A stretch of 64,000 nt of DNA from Epithemia pelagica (taxonomy: Eukaryota; Protista; Bacillariophyta), in contig OX337228.1 of assembly GCA_946965045.2 (NCBI GenBank), positions 4,402,001-4,466,000 on the forward strand, in the 5' to 3' direction. Below, piece by piece: positions 30,001 to 39,707 of this stretch. Within the stretch, counting starts at the first letter, position 1, and each line of letters begins with the position of its first letter. Both the position numbers and the translations under genes were made by a program. Below the pieces are notes generated by a model. That model saw only the letters and a program-made list of their open reading frames with translations, did no database searches and was not told the origin of the DNA.

Positions 30001-31070
30001 AGTTCCGGGGCATTATCTGGAACAACACTGTTGAAAATCCCAAAGTCACTGAACACTTTCTCGAGCGTCGTATGGGCGTCCTTCTTCCTTTCCAAAGGGT
30101 AGAACTGTACCCAACCGAAATCACTCGCATAAATTTGACCACAGGTGTTTTGGCCCAACGATTTAGTGTCTGAAAAGAGGGTGTCAGTATAAACATCCGC
30201 TCTTAATCGTCGATGCTTCAGTTGGTAGGCGGTATGTTTCAACCTCTTACTGCCAACTCCTTGGGAGAAGTCTCGCACTCCTAATTGGGTCGTCGATTGG
30301 AAAGTCCTTTCTGCCACAGATAGACCGATTCCCCAACGAGATGACAACGCGATTGGGTCGACGGTCCCCTTTCTCCTATGGCTCGTTTCAGCAACCACTC
30401 TTGAGTTGATCCGAACCATTTTAGCCATTCGGTTATTGATTGACCTTGATCCTTTCCTCCTGACCATATCTTGTTGAACGTCCTGTCTGAGCTTCCTTTC
30501 ATCGACATCACTTTCAGTCGAGTCATTCGGTGCCCATTGGGGATTATCATTGGTCATTTCGATCCTATAAGCTGGATCTATATTTGCCACCTCTTCCCAT
30601 GTTGGTTTCCTCACGGTGAATCCACTAATCACCCCTTTCAAGTCCAATGGTATCTTGAGTTTGCCTTCATCTCCGTTGACTGGGGCTATCACAGCATGTG
30701 ATTCACTTGTTCTCTGTTCCGGTTTGATATACTTGAGAGGTATATCATTCACAATCACACCGGCTTCTCTCATTTGATTTGGGTTTAGCAAACATTTGTC
30801 CATCATTGGAAGATACAACGCCTGATGAAAGTACAGAAGGTACGTTTCGCCAGAGTCTTGATCATCGTACGCGAGTATACCCGTGATTACCGGGGTCTCT
30901 TTTATCTTGCCAAGTTGTGAAGAGAATCCACTCACTTCGGCCTTGTCCGTTTCATATAAGATCAAACAAGTGTTACCAAGACAGCATGTATCAGCATGAC
31001 TGTCCAGCTCACAATTTGCCGTCTTCACAGCAATCTCGCTCGTAACTGCATTCACTTCTCGGGGATCACA
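27051..31070 (-). CDS. pol: Copia Pol: protease, integrase with chromodomain-like tail, reverse transcriptase, RNase H
   Basis: Protease LDSHADTCC; integrase VYTDTLF/VPDNAPE/NLAEANIRELK; RT KARYVAGGH and YIDDVL; RNase H FVDSDHAGD...RRSRTG. Same frame as gag, immediately after its stop codon. Confidence 0.95.
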   Translation of the reverse strand, partial: CDPREVNAVTSEIAVKTANCELDSHADTCCLGNTCLILYETDKAEVSGFSSQLGKIKETPVITGILAYDDQDSGETYLLYFHQALYLPMMDKCLLNPNQMREAGVIVNDIPLKYIKPEQRTSESHAVIAPVNGDEGKLKIPLDLKGVISGFTVRKPTWEEVANIDPAYRIEMTNDNPQWAPNDSTESDVDERKLRQDVQQDMVRRKGSRSINNRMAKMVRINSRVVAETSHRRKGTVDPIALSSRWGIGLSVAERTFQSTTQLGVRDFSQGVGSKRLKHTAYQLKHRRLRADVYTDTLFSDTKSLGQNTCGQIYASDFGWVQFYPLERKKDAHTTLEKVFSDFGIFNSVVPDNAPELTSGKFKKTAQKFGCRIRPIEAWTPNQNLAEANIRELKRAYRREMRRTNAPAVLWDHCLQLVAERRSNTAFSSGPFDDGPPIKTLTGDTPDISHLVEYTWYEPVWYSNPGFENRKLGRWLGPSKTVGQAMSSKILTSKGKVVHRTSVWPLSVEKSHDPSFTAQKEQFDSELKESLGDRIEGVAPQEDEDPDEFGHDTPLYEAYEDEKQGDVRVPEADSYKLDAFDKLISAKVMLPLGDSKRAGQVIRRKRDADGNPIGQSSTNPYLDTSLYEVEFQDGHVESYSANLIAENIYEQLDDDGNRFKLIDQIIDHRKDATAVPISEGTFFHNGREHKKRTTRGWQLCIQWKDGTTSWEMLKDLKESYPLEVAEYATANLLDKEPAFNWWVGFTLKRRARLIKAVSTTRYMKKWQKYGIELPKTVERALEIDKETGTDFWAKALKLEMSKIFPAVKILEEGAPHPAGHQIIPCHIVFDIKMDFTRKARYVAGGHRTQEPETPTYASVVSRESVRIGFLLAALNGIDVTAADIAGAYLNAPCHEKVCTKCGLEFGKENEGRYAIITKALYGLKTSAFAWREHLSTTLQESLGFRPCRADPDVYLRASTKEDGTKYYELVFIYIDDVLVISHRGKDILNMIDQHYLLKPSSIGEPKIYLGNQVETFDIDGDVSKRCWALSSKRYATEAIRNVKIWLDERSLSLKTRAPSVLPTGYRPELDTSAYCNQDWHSFYQQQIGVLRWLVELGRIDITAEVSMLAAFLAGPREGHVHAMLHIFAYLNLHDRSRLVLDPSYIQHGEEIASDWSGFYLDAREDLPTDAPEPLGNPVQMTVFVDSDHAGDLATRRSRTGILIYLNRAPVSWYSKKQTSVETSTFGSEYMALKVGIEMIKGLRYKLRMMGVPLDGHAHIRVDNMSVVHNSTIPESSLKKKSNSIAYHFVRENVASGMCRIAYEPSKTNLADLLTKVQTGTERTRLASMIVGTGYVLHPT

Positions 31071-32567
31071 TCAGATGTCCCTCTTTCCTTTCTTCCTTTG
31101 GCTCATGATCGCACCAACGCCTAGTTCTTTCTCATTCTGGTCATTGGAGTCACCCGTCGTCTCGGAATTGTCGTCGGTAGTGGAAGTACCACTACTATCA
31201 TGGCCTTTCCTCTTGTTCTTATTGTTTATGTGAATGGCCGCAGCAGACCTCTTCTTCGTACTGCTGTTGGCAGCGTCCCTTGCTTCTCGGACCATTTGCT
31301 GCTGTTCTTTGGATAATTTAATCCACTTTCTGAACGGGTAATATTTATTGGGATCAAATCCTTTGGTTGGAGTCTGGTGTCCGTTATTGCGCTTGTTTCC
31401 ATTGCCGCCATTCTTGTTGGACTGAATGGACGAGATCCGTGCTTTCCTTGTGGTGGCACTATACGACACTTTGCTGTCAAGGACTTCAGCAAGATAGTTC
31501 GAAGCCACCTCAAAATTTGCCCTCAAAGCAGGAGTGGCCAATATCGTATTCTTAGCGCTCTCCAACCTGGAATCAGCGACCCCTAAGAGTAAAACTCTCA
31601 CTTTTCTTTCATTACTGACCACTTCGCCTGTAGACTCAAGGTCCGTAAAGGCCCTCTGAAGTGACTCAATATACCTTTCGTAGGTATAGTTCCTTTTTGT
31701 TCCATCATAATAGGTCGATTCAAGCACTTGATCAGCCTTTGCACGCAATCGAGATTGGAAAGCATCACCAAAGTAATGGCTTTTCAAAGCGATGTATGCT
31801 CCTCTTCCATCCCGGCTTCTGCTGAAGGCTTGGACCCAACCCCATCCGGGGCCATCATGAGTAATGTGACGTATGACGTCCCATACTGCTTCCTTGTCAG
31901 CAACTGCTGTGGCACCAGTGAGTGGTGCACGTCGAATGAGTTCTCGCAAGTATGTAGGAGATCCGAGTCCTGGGTCAAGATTGATAGGTGGAGGAGTTGG
32001 CATCGAACGAGTATAAGCTGCCAACGGAATCATAGTCACACCTCTCTTCCTTTCCAAGTAGTCGTCTAAATCCTCCAGGACAACTCGGATATTCTCGACA
32101 TTCGACAACTTTTCCGGAAGTTCGATGTCATTATCGTATTCATCATCTGCTTCTTTCAAACGGTAAAGATTCTGTACCGTGTCCAAGGTTGCTGCTTCTG
32201 GGCTAAACGTACGGCCAACTTTGGTCAAGTACTGAACAAAATAGCCAAACATTTTCAACCGTTTCTCCAGGACATGTCCGACTAAAACTCCTGGGTTCAT
32301 AACCGTCGCGGGGATACCAGCAACAGGATTGGCAGCATCATAGGCAGGGTTAGGGATCGTTCCACCTGGCTTTCTTGCGTTAGCACAGATTTCAGCGATG
32401 TCCTCTTCCTTGAGTCCGCGGAAATCGCCAACGGATGTTAGGCCCTGTGAGTTAAGAGCATCTCGGACTGCCTGTTGTCCAATCAAGAGAGTGTTCTCCA
32501 TGTATCCATTCAGTTCTTGAAGGAGCTCTTGAGCGGTCGGTGGAGCAGGAGGAGCAGGTTCGGCCAT
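31071..32567 (-). CDS. gag: Copia Gag
   Basis: 498-aa ORF upstream of pol inside the LTRs, with CoDi-like DGRGAYIALKSHYFG and a basic C-terminus; no CCHC knuckle seen. Confidence 0.88.
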   Translation of the reverse strand: MAEPAPPAPPTAQELLQELNGYMENTLLIGQQAVRDALNSQGLTSVGDFRGLKEEDIAEICANARKPGGTIPNPAYDAANPVAGIPATVMNPGVLVGHVLEKRLKMFGYFVQYLTKVGRTFSPEAATLDTVQNLYRLKEADDEYDNDIELPEKLSNVENIRVVLEDLDDYLERKRGVTMIPLAAYTRSMPTPPPINLDPGLGSPTYLRELIRRAPLTGATAVADKEAVWDVIRHITHDGPGWGWVQAFSRSRDGRGAYIALKSHYFGDAFQSRLRAKADQVLESTYYDGTKRNYTYERYIESLQRAFTDLESTGEVVSNERKVRVLLLGVADSRLESAKNTILATPALRANFEVASNYLAEVLDSKVSYSATTRKARISSIQSNKNGGNGNKRNNGHQTPTKGFDPNKYYPFRKWIKLSKEQQQMVREARDAANSSTKKRSAAAIHINNKNKRKGHDSSGTSTTDDNSETTGDSNDQNEKELGVGAIMSQRKKGKRDI

Positions 32568-33008
32568 GGTTGGTTCTTGTTCTTACTAGCTTTTCAATGC
32601 AAGGTGCAATTGGGACTTTCACGTATTCGGAAGTGTGTGAGAACTTCCAGTCACATTGACCGGTCACTTACTCATTTGGGCGATTCATAGGTAGAAAGCA
32701 TGCACAGCTGCATCGTTGGTTCATGTTCTATTTATAGAATATTCATGACCGCATAGCAGGCTTTGTCTTGTCAACGGCCAAGACCGGCGCGTCCGCCATT
32801 GCCCCAGATGTGCGCACTCGCAGACCACATCTGTAAACTAGTCCGGTCCAAACCCCGTTGCAGGCCGGATATTCAACGAGACTAGTAGACGACATCTTTT
32901 GTCGACCTTTGGGCGGATCGGTATTACTACGATCCAGATATTTCGCGACCTTCCCAGGCCATTGTGCCATAGCTTTACCGTAATCGCAGAGTCTTGGGTC
33001 TGATAAAC

Positions 33009-33119
33009 CAAAATACGCGCATGATAGTGACTCGAAAATAAAATTGTGTCTATCTCATGCCTCAAGCTTAGAGGCCTAAACTATCGCTAAATTTCGCCCA
33101 GTACCATAGCCATATTTTG
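33009..33119 (-). repeat. 5' LTR (111 bp)
   Basis: Identical to 26850-26960; the flanking bases differ on both sides, which fixes the boundaries. Confidence 0.92.
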
Positions 33120-33481
33120 TCCGTACAACCTGCAACCCGCCAAGTTTACTCCGATTTGTGGGTTACCTAGATTTCTAGCTGCCGCAAGAGCTAGGAGTAG
33201 CTACCTATAGAGTGAAATTGAAATTTCTAAGGTTATGGTCTCGTCCATTTTCTGAAATATTCCACGTGTAAGCAAAATGCATAGTCCGTCATCTCGCCCC
33301 ATACGCATACTGTCCACAGACACCACGATACAAACCATCCAGGGAGAGAGGGAAAAAGTAAAAAGACCTTCGGAGACTCAAGATCCAAGATCGACATTGA
33401 TGCCATCATAGTTTGTCGAGAGGCTTGTACTCCTATACGCTTTCTCCTTAGGTTGTTGCCAGGTCGAGTCCAAAATTAACG

Positions 33482-34853
33482 ATGTGGTTCTTCTTTTTGC
33501 TACTTTGGCCAAGTTCGACGTACGGCTTGACCCTTACAATGGGTACAGGTAACTCATTCGGTCGAGTATTTCGGATCAGTACATGGGGAGAATCTCATGG
33601 CGGAGGCGTTGGTGTGGTTCTTGATGGTTGTCCCCCTCGAATTCCGCTCACACGCGAGGAAGTGCAGGTCGATCTTGATCGCCGCCGACCTGGTCAGTCA
33701 AGAATTACCACTCCCCGAAATGAATCCGACGACGTTGAAATCATCAGTGGTCTGACGGCCGATGGTATCACTCTTGGAACTCCAATTGCCATGCTTGTTC
33801 GAAACAAAGACCAACGCTCCTCGGACTATCTGGACAACGATATGTCTGTAGCGTACAGACCGAGTCATGCCGATGCCACCTATGATGCCAAGTATGGTGT
33901 ACGAGCGATTGCTGGAGGAGGTCGCTCTTCTGCTCGTGAGACAATTGGACGAGTGGCAGCTGGGGCGATTGCTCGCAAGATCCTCAAAATGTACAACGAT
34001 ATAGAAGTCTTGGCTTACGTTTCGAAAGTTCAAGACATTCCATCGAATGTAGACGATGACACGTTTACAATGGAAGACGTCGATTCAAACATTGTACGCT
34101 GCCCAGATCCAGACGCGGCTGAACGTATGGTCGCTCGAATTGACGAGATCAGAAAAAAGGGAAACTCGATTGGTGGAGTGGTCACCTGTGTTGCTCGCAA
34201 TGTTCCTGCCGGATTGGGAGCCCCAGTTTTTGATAAACTTGAAGCTGATCTAGCAAAAGCTTGTATGTCTATTCCTGCGGCCAAAGGATTTGAATCCGGA
34301 GATGGATTTTCTGGTACTTTGATGACGGGCAAAGATCACAACGACGAATTCTACATTGACCCTAAAACGGGTGCTACACGGACGAAAACAAACAGGTCAG
34401 GGGGAATCCAGGGAGGCATCAGTAATGGCGAAAATATTGTTGTGAGCGTTGCCTTCAAGCCAACCTCCACAATTGGACAGGCACAGGTAAGAAGGAACCC
34501 CTATACTACGGTATTCGATCGTGTTTCGCGACTAACATGGTCGTTGTATGATTCTTTAGGGTACCGTAACGAGAGAAGGACAGGAGGTAGAACTTAGAGG
34601 CAAAGGGCGACATGACCCGTGCGTGTTGCCAAGAGCTGTTCCCATGGTGGAAGCCATGGTCGCGCTCACGTTGGCCGATCATCTCATGATGCAACAGGCT
34701 CAATGTGAATTGTTCCCAAACACGGATGCCTTAGAGGACCGCCCTAATCCACTTGGCAAAACTGCATCTCGTTTCCATGAGGGTGAGTCGACAGCTACCT
34801 TTGCGAAAACCGAAAGTCGGTCACCTGTGTCCCAACGAGTGGACGAAGAGTGA
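33482..34853 (+). CDS. aroC: Chorismate synthase, 2 exons (intron 34487-34559), probably plastid-targeted
   Basis: [43 protein letters not shown] and [21 protein letters not shown]; N-terminal signal peptide. Confidence 0.97.
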
Positions 34854-35070
34854 AGCAAAATATAAGTTAGTCTGTCTGATTGCGGTTGACAATGGAATCA
34901 GCGGACATCAAATTGTCGCTAAATATTGAAAAACTCTTCCATCATAGGAGTAACGATTACGGATTGATAGGAATAAGAAATAGATGTAGCGACTAGCGAC
35001 GGATCGAAAACAGATTTTGAGGTGATTGGTGTCTCCCGGGACCATTTGTCGATGACACGTCTGAAGACAT

Positions 35071-36774
35071 GTGCGCCCAAGAATAGACTATACCATTATA
35101 TCTACTCGTATTGGATACCGCACGACAAAAGGACATGTCATGCTGACAGAGGATCTTTCAAGAAAAAAGATACAAGTTTCTGCTCCAAGTCAAAAAAACT
35201 TTTGGAGAATGAAGACCGCCGCGTTGCAGATTCAACCAGACACAATGGTTGCGAATGAGCCACTTCAACAGACGAACAAGGATTCATCGACTATTACTAG
35301 CATATCATGTCCGAGTTGTGGCTCGTCGATGCTTTCAACTCAGAAGGTATGTGATACATGTACGGAGATAATGTCGCGGATGGTGTCAGATGAGGTAGCG
35401 TTGAGCGATGCGTCGAATACTACGGCAGAATCACCGGAAACAACAACGGCAGAGGCAGCTACCATGGAAACCACCATAATCACACAGGAAAGTGTGACGA
35501 AAGCCATTGAGGAAGAAGTTCCACGGGAACCACAAGATTCTTTGGCTCCGAATAACGAGATATTGACCCCGGTTCGTCGTTCTTTGGATTTTTCGTTCAC
35601 CAAAGAAGAAACAGAGCACAAACCAGATCAAAAGCGTCGTTGTATTGAACACATCAGCGATGACGACAATACCAGTAAAGCTGATGATGTCATGAAAACC
35701 CAACATAGTGAGAAGGGCCCTCATGCTGTTGGCGGGAATGTCGATGACATACGACATGATCATTCGGAGCGCCTAAAGGATAATGATGGTGTACACAAGG
35801 CTGGCATGATTTCACAAACTGAAGATCGTTCACATGATTCTCCAGCTATAGACGGAAGCGAAGACGGGGCGATGGGCAGTATGCTATCACCTGTTCGTAC
35901 CACCGTCCCGGCTGCTGTGACACCGCCGTCCTCCCAGTCAGAAGACAAAACTCACGAAGATCATTCGGATGACATTGTGTTGAATCTCACATTTCGAGGT
36001 GTTGGCAAGGCTGCAAGGGAATCTATCTTGAAGGCTCAGAGTCAGAGACAATTGATTGAAGTTTCTTTTCCTGGTTCTGATTCTCCAATAGCCCATGGTC
36101 ACATCTCGTCCATGACGATTTTATCCCCAGAGACACAGTATGGCAAGATTACCGTCGCCTCTCAAGGTGGTCTTGTTCCCCAAGAAAGCCCAGGGAGAAA
36201 TTCGGCTTCCGCACCGGCAGCGCATCTCATGTGCCCTAGATGTGGTAAAGAAAAAGAGCAAAGTTGGATGAGCAAGTGCCGAAAATGTTATGCCATAACC
36301 ATGAATGAGAAAGGAGCAGGGAACAAGATTCGTGGGACATGTGAGGATTGCGGGATAAAGACTGAAGAACAGTGGATGTATAAGTGCAGAGGATGTTTCA
36401 ACAAGACCAAGAATGAATCTACAGACGGAACAATGAATAAAGAGCCCACTGAGAATGATACTAATCCCCAGAATGAAACCCCGAGAGGTCAGAATTGTCT
36501 CGATTGCGGTAAAGAAACAGATTACAAGTTTATGACACGATGCTCCGCCTGTTTCGCGCAATGGCGTCGAACTCATAAAACAAATCATGGTGGGACATGT
36601 CGCTATTGTCAGAAAGAGCTGAGCTCTGAATGGAAGACGTGTTGTGGAGACTGTTTCAAGAAGTACAAGCTTAGCAGCCCTAAGGGAAGCGAAAAGTGTC
36701 CATCATGTGGCAAAAAACCTCCGGAAGACTGGATGGTATGGTGCCCAGATTGTTACCACAAAAATAAGAAATAG
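35071..36774 (+). CDS. Hypothetical protein with a disordered N-terminal half and five C-terminal CxxC...CxxC zinc-ribbon-like repeats
   Basis: Repeats CPRC..W..KCRKCY, CEDC..W..KCRGCF, CLDC..F..RCSACF, CRYC..W..CCGDCF and CPSC..W..WCPDCY. Start codon uncertain. Confidence 0.65.
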   Translation: MRPRIDYTIISTRIGYRTTKGHVMLTEDLSRKKIQVSAPSQKNFWRMKTAALQIQPDTMVANEPLQQTNKDSSTITSISCPSCGSSMLSTQKVCDTCTEIMSRMVSDEVALSDASNTTAESPETTTAEAATMETTIITQESVTKAIEEEVPREPQDSLAPNNEILTPVRRSLDFSFTKEETEHKPDQKRRCIEHISDDDNTSKADDVMKTQHSEKGPHAVGGNVDDIRHDHSERLKDNDGVHKAGMISQTEDRSHDSPAIDGSEDGAMGSMLSPVRTTVPAAVTPPSSQSEDKTHEDHSDDIVLNLTFRGVGKAARESILKAQSQRQLIEVSFPGSDSPIAHGHISSMTILSPETQYGKITVASQGGLVPQESPGRNSASAPAAHLMCPRCGKEKEQSWMSKCRKCYAITMNEKGAGNKIRGTCEDCGIKTEEQWMYKCRGCFNKTKNESTDGTMNKEPTENDTNPQNETPRGQNCLDCGKETDYKFMTRCSACFAQWRRTHKTNHGGTCRYCQKELSSEWKTCCGDCFKKYKLSSPKGSEKCPSCGKKPPEDWMVWCPDCYHKNKK

Positions 36775-36902
36775 GGAAGTCGGCCGCCTTCTCTTTATTC
36801 TCTACCTCAATGTATTATGGCAATCTACGTCCAAGTTGTAGTCATACGCATAAAAACGAGTCTCTTCACATACATTGAGAATTCGAATTCCCTAGATAGT
36901 AC

Positions 36903-37202
36903 TCATCCCCATGCTTCCTGCAGGCTGTAGTGTATCACAAGTTCATCTCGAACACTGAAAATATCTCTCAAATCTCCCACGTTTTCTTCCGGACTTGGTA
37001 CAAAGGCCGATTGAATGTAGAGAAACAGCGCGCTACTATCTTGTAGTTTCAGCATTTTTCGAAGAAAAGCCACCACGGCGGCGAATCGTTGGTCTGCCCC
37101 TATCTGGAATTTTGTTCGCTTCATGATTGGAGCGCTTCCCACTGCGACAAAATGGACTTTCACCTTGTCCACAGCGGATGAAGTTCCATTGTTGTTCTCC
37201 AT
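36903..37202 (-). CDS. ATG12: Autophagy ubiquitin-like protein ATG12
   Basis: KVKVHFVAVGSAPIMK...FLRKML...LFLYIQSAFVPSPEE...ELVIHYSLQEAWG. Confidence 0.95.
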   Translation of the reverse strand: MENNNGTSSAVDKVKVHFVAVGSAPIMKRTKFQIGADQRFAAVVAFLRKMLKLQDSSALFLYIQSAFVPSPEENVGDLRDIFSVRDELVIHYSLQEAWG

Positions 37203-37457
37203 TGTCCGGCTGCCTCTCTTCAGAAATGCGGAAGCAATAAACAACAACCCCGGGACTCGGGAGAGAAAAAGGGATCCCGCACGACTTCGATCATATTTGG
37301 TCGCTCTTTTGAAAAGGAGCGCTCCCCAATCCCCAATGGCTCAATGACGTGTAAAATGTAGAAGGGCAAGGGAAAGGCCATTTTAGAAGGTCCACCAACA
37401 CCAAGGAAGATTTAGTAAATCGACAATCAAGAACAAGGGACTATTGTATCCAACGAA

Positions 37458-39220
37458 ATGAGGCTCCTTCGATTCTATCTGTGTGTACAAGGAGTGGCAA
37501 GTTTTCTCACGGTAGCAACAAATGGGTTACCCTTCACTCGTGGCCAGAAGAACTCTGATGACCATGACGAAGAAGCCTATGTCGAACAGGACGGTGATAT
37601 TATCACCTTCACGAGACATACGGCACGGCGAAATGCTGTTCTTGAACAGTTTTTCTCAAGTGACTTAGACGATGAATCGTCGTCCAACGCGTTGCTTAAG
37701 GAAATTCGGCACCTCAGTATGAATCGAACTGATTTTCTCGTTGCTACCCGTCGAACCCTTCATAAAAGACCCGAACTCATGTACAGAGAGTCTGAAACAT
37801 CAGGTCTTGTTCGAAAAATCCTGACGGAGCTGGACATAGCTTATACGACGGGGTGGGCCCTGAATGCCAACCCTGACATAGTTCCGGGTACAGGGGGCTA
37901 CGGCATTGTGGCGGATATTGGAACCGGAGGGGAACCATGTGTTTTGCTCCGCGCCGATATGGATGCGCTGCCTATTCGTGAGCGCACAGAAGGCATCGAA
38001 GGATATAAATCTCAGAATGATGGTCGGATGCATGCTTGTGGACATGATGGGCACACATGTGAGTTTAATCGCTGCGTCATAAACGATGACCTTCTTCCCG
38101 AATATATTCATTCAATAATTCCCTCGTTTGTTTGTGTGCTTGCTTGTTTTGCTTGCAGCAATGCTTCTTGGTGCTGCTTCTGTTTTAAAAAGTATGGAAG
38201 ATAGCATCAAGGGTACAGTTCGAATAATGTTTCAACCAGCTGAGGAAGTAGGTGGTGCTTGTGGTGTCGAAAAACACGTCTTTTGGTTCGTCCCTCACTT
38301 ATGATTTGTTTCTGTTTCCCTTTTTCGACTCAAAGGGTGGTGCTGGGGCAAAGAGAATGAGAGAGGAGGGTGTTTTGGAGAAAGACCCTAAACCACAACA
38401 TGCGTTTGGTCTTCACGTGTGGCCTAAGTTGCCATCGGGTACAATCGCTGGACGACCTGGACCGATCTTGGCCGCAGCAGAGCGGTTTGAAATCCTCATT
38501 GCTGGAGTTGGCGGCCACGCCGCAATGCCTGAACAATCGGTAGACCCGATAGTCGCCGCATCTGCCATGGTCATGAACTTACAGACAATAGTAAGTCGGA
38601 AGATTTCTCCTCTTGAATCTGGTGTTTGCTCGATTACTATGTTGGAAGGAGGAGAAGCCTTCAATGTTATCCCGGCCTCAGTCACCATGCGTGGCACAGT
38701 GCGAGCCCTCAGCACTGAAACCTTGCTGTCTCTTAGGGATCGCGTGCAGCATATTGTGGAAAGTACAGCTACCACATACGGTTGCAATGTGACAATTACC
38801 TACAGTCCGGACTACTATCCTCCCACTGTTAACGATCCTGCTCTGTATCAAGCGTTTTCAAAAGATGTGGGGGCGCTTGTGGCCACGGAAATTTTTTTCT
38901 TGCCAGATGTGGAGCCCACCATGGGAGCAGAAGATTTTTCTTTTGTGGCAGAATCAATTCCCTCTACCTTCTTTTTACTAGGGCAGGGAAGCGGGACTGA
39001 TCCTCCAACCAACTATGGGTTACATCATCCGCGTTTCGCTCTTGATGAAACCGTCATGCCGCAGGGAGTGGTACGTAATCTCAATGTCAAGCGGGCCGCG
39101 ATTGTCCATAGTTTTTATTCTTACGGGTGTCATTGTCATGGTTTTATACAGGAATTACATGTGAATCTAGCATTACGTGCCCTTCATATGTTGCGTCAGA
39201 AAGGAGCAGTCGAAGACTAG
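37458..39220 (+). CDS. M20 amidohydrolase (ILR1/IAA-amino-acid hydrolase-like), 4 exons
   Basis: LHKRPEL, LRADMDALP, MHACGHDGH, FQPAEEGGAGA, EDFSF and LHHPRF. GT-AG introns at 38059-38158, 38248-38335 and 39071-39151; signal peptide. Confidence 0.92.
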
Positions 39221-39707
39221 GACACCAGAGTGTCGTAAGTCGTAAGTGGTAGGAGTAACGTTTTTTAAAAGGCCTAAGGTACCTAGGTAGGATGAGCAAG
39301 TCAATGCCACGTACGATATCTCTGATTTGCCCATAAACTCTCCGTCCTATGGAATGGCATTTCTTTGCCGAATTGTCGCTAGACAATGCCATCTACGAGA
39401 TTGCTGTAAGTATGGTTCGGGGAAGGGAGAGACACGCAGCACAACAAACACTTCTTCAATATGTTCATTGTCGGAAGTCAGAATGCTTCTTGCCATGTTT
39501 TGTGCTCTAGCGTGTACTCCTCTACGTAGTAGTCCTAGCTACCCAGTATTCCTCCATCAATGGAGGGATCCGGGAGTCGCGAGTCGCGAGTCGGGGGACC
39601 ACTCGGAAGCTGAAGTGCCTAACAGATGACGTCACTATAACAGGGACAGGGACACTCTCACTCCGCGGTCTTTCTTTTGTATCTTTCCATGTGTATGTCG
39701 TGACAAG

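Larger units (their letters stand above)
26850..33119 (-). mobile_element. Full-length Ty1/Copia LTR retrotransposon (CoDi-like)
   Basis: Two identical 111-bp direct repeats; 4-bp TSD TCCG at 26846-26849 and 33120-33123; gag plus pol in PR-IN-RT-RH order. Confidence 0.95.

Noticed and set aside
33144-33153. GTTTACTCCG repeated at 26840-26849 and 33144-33153, a possible longer TSD
   Set aside because: The second copy is 24 bp away from the LTR end. It is a short repeat of the pre-insertion site; the abutting duplication is only TCCG.
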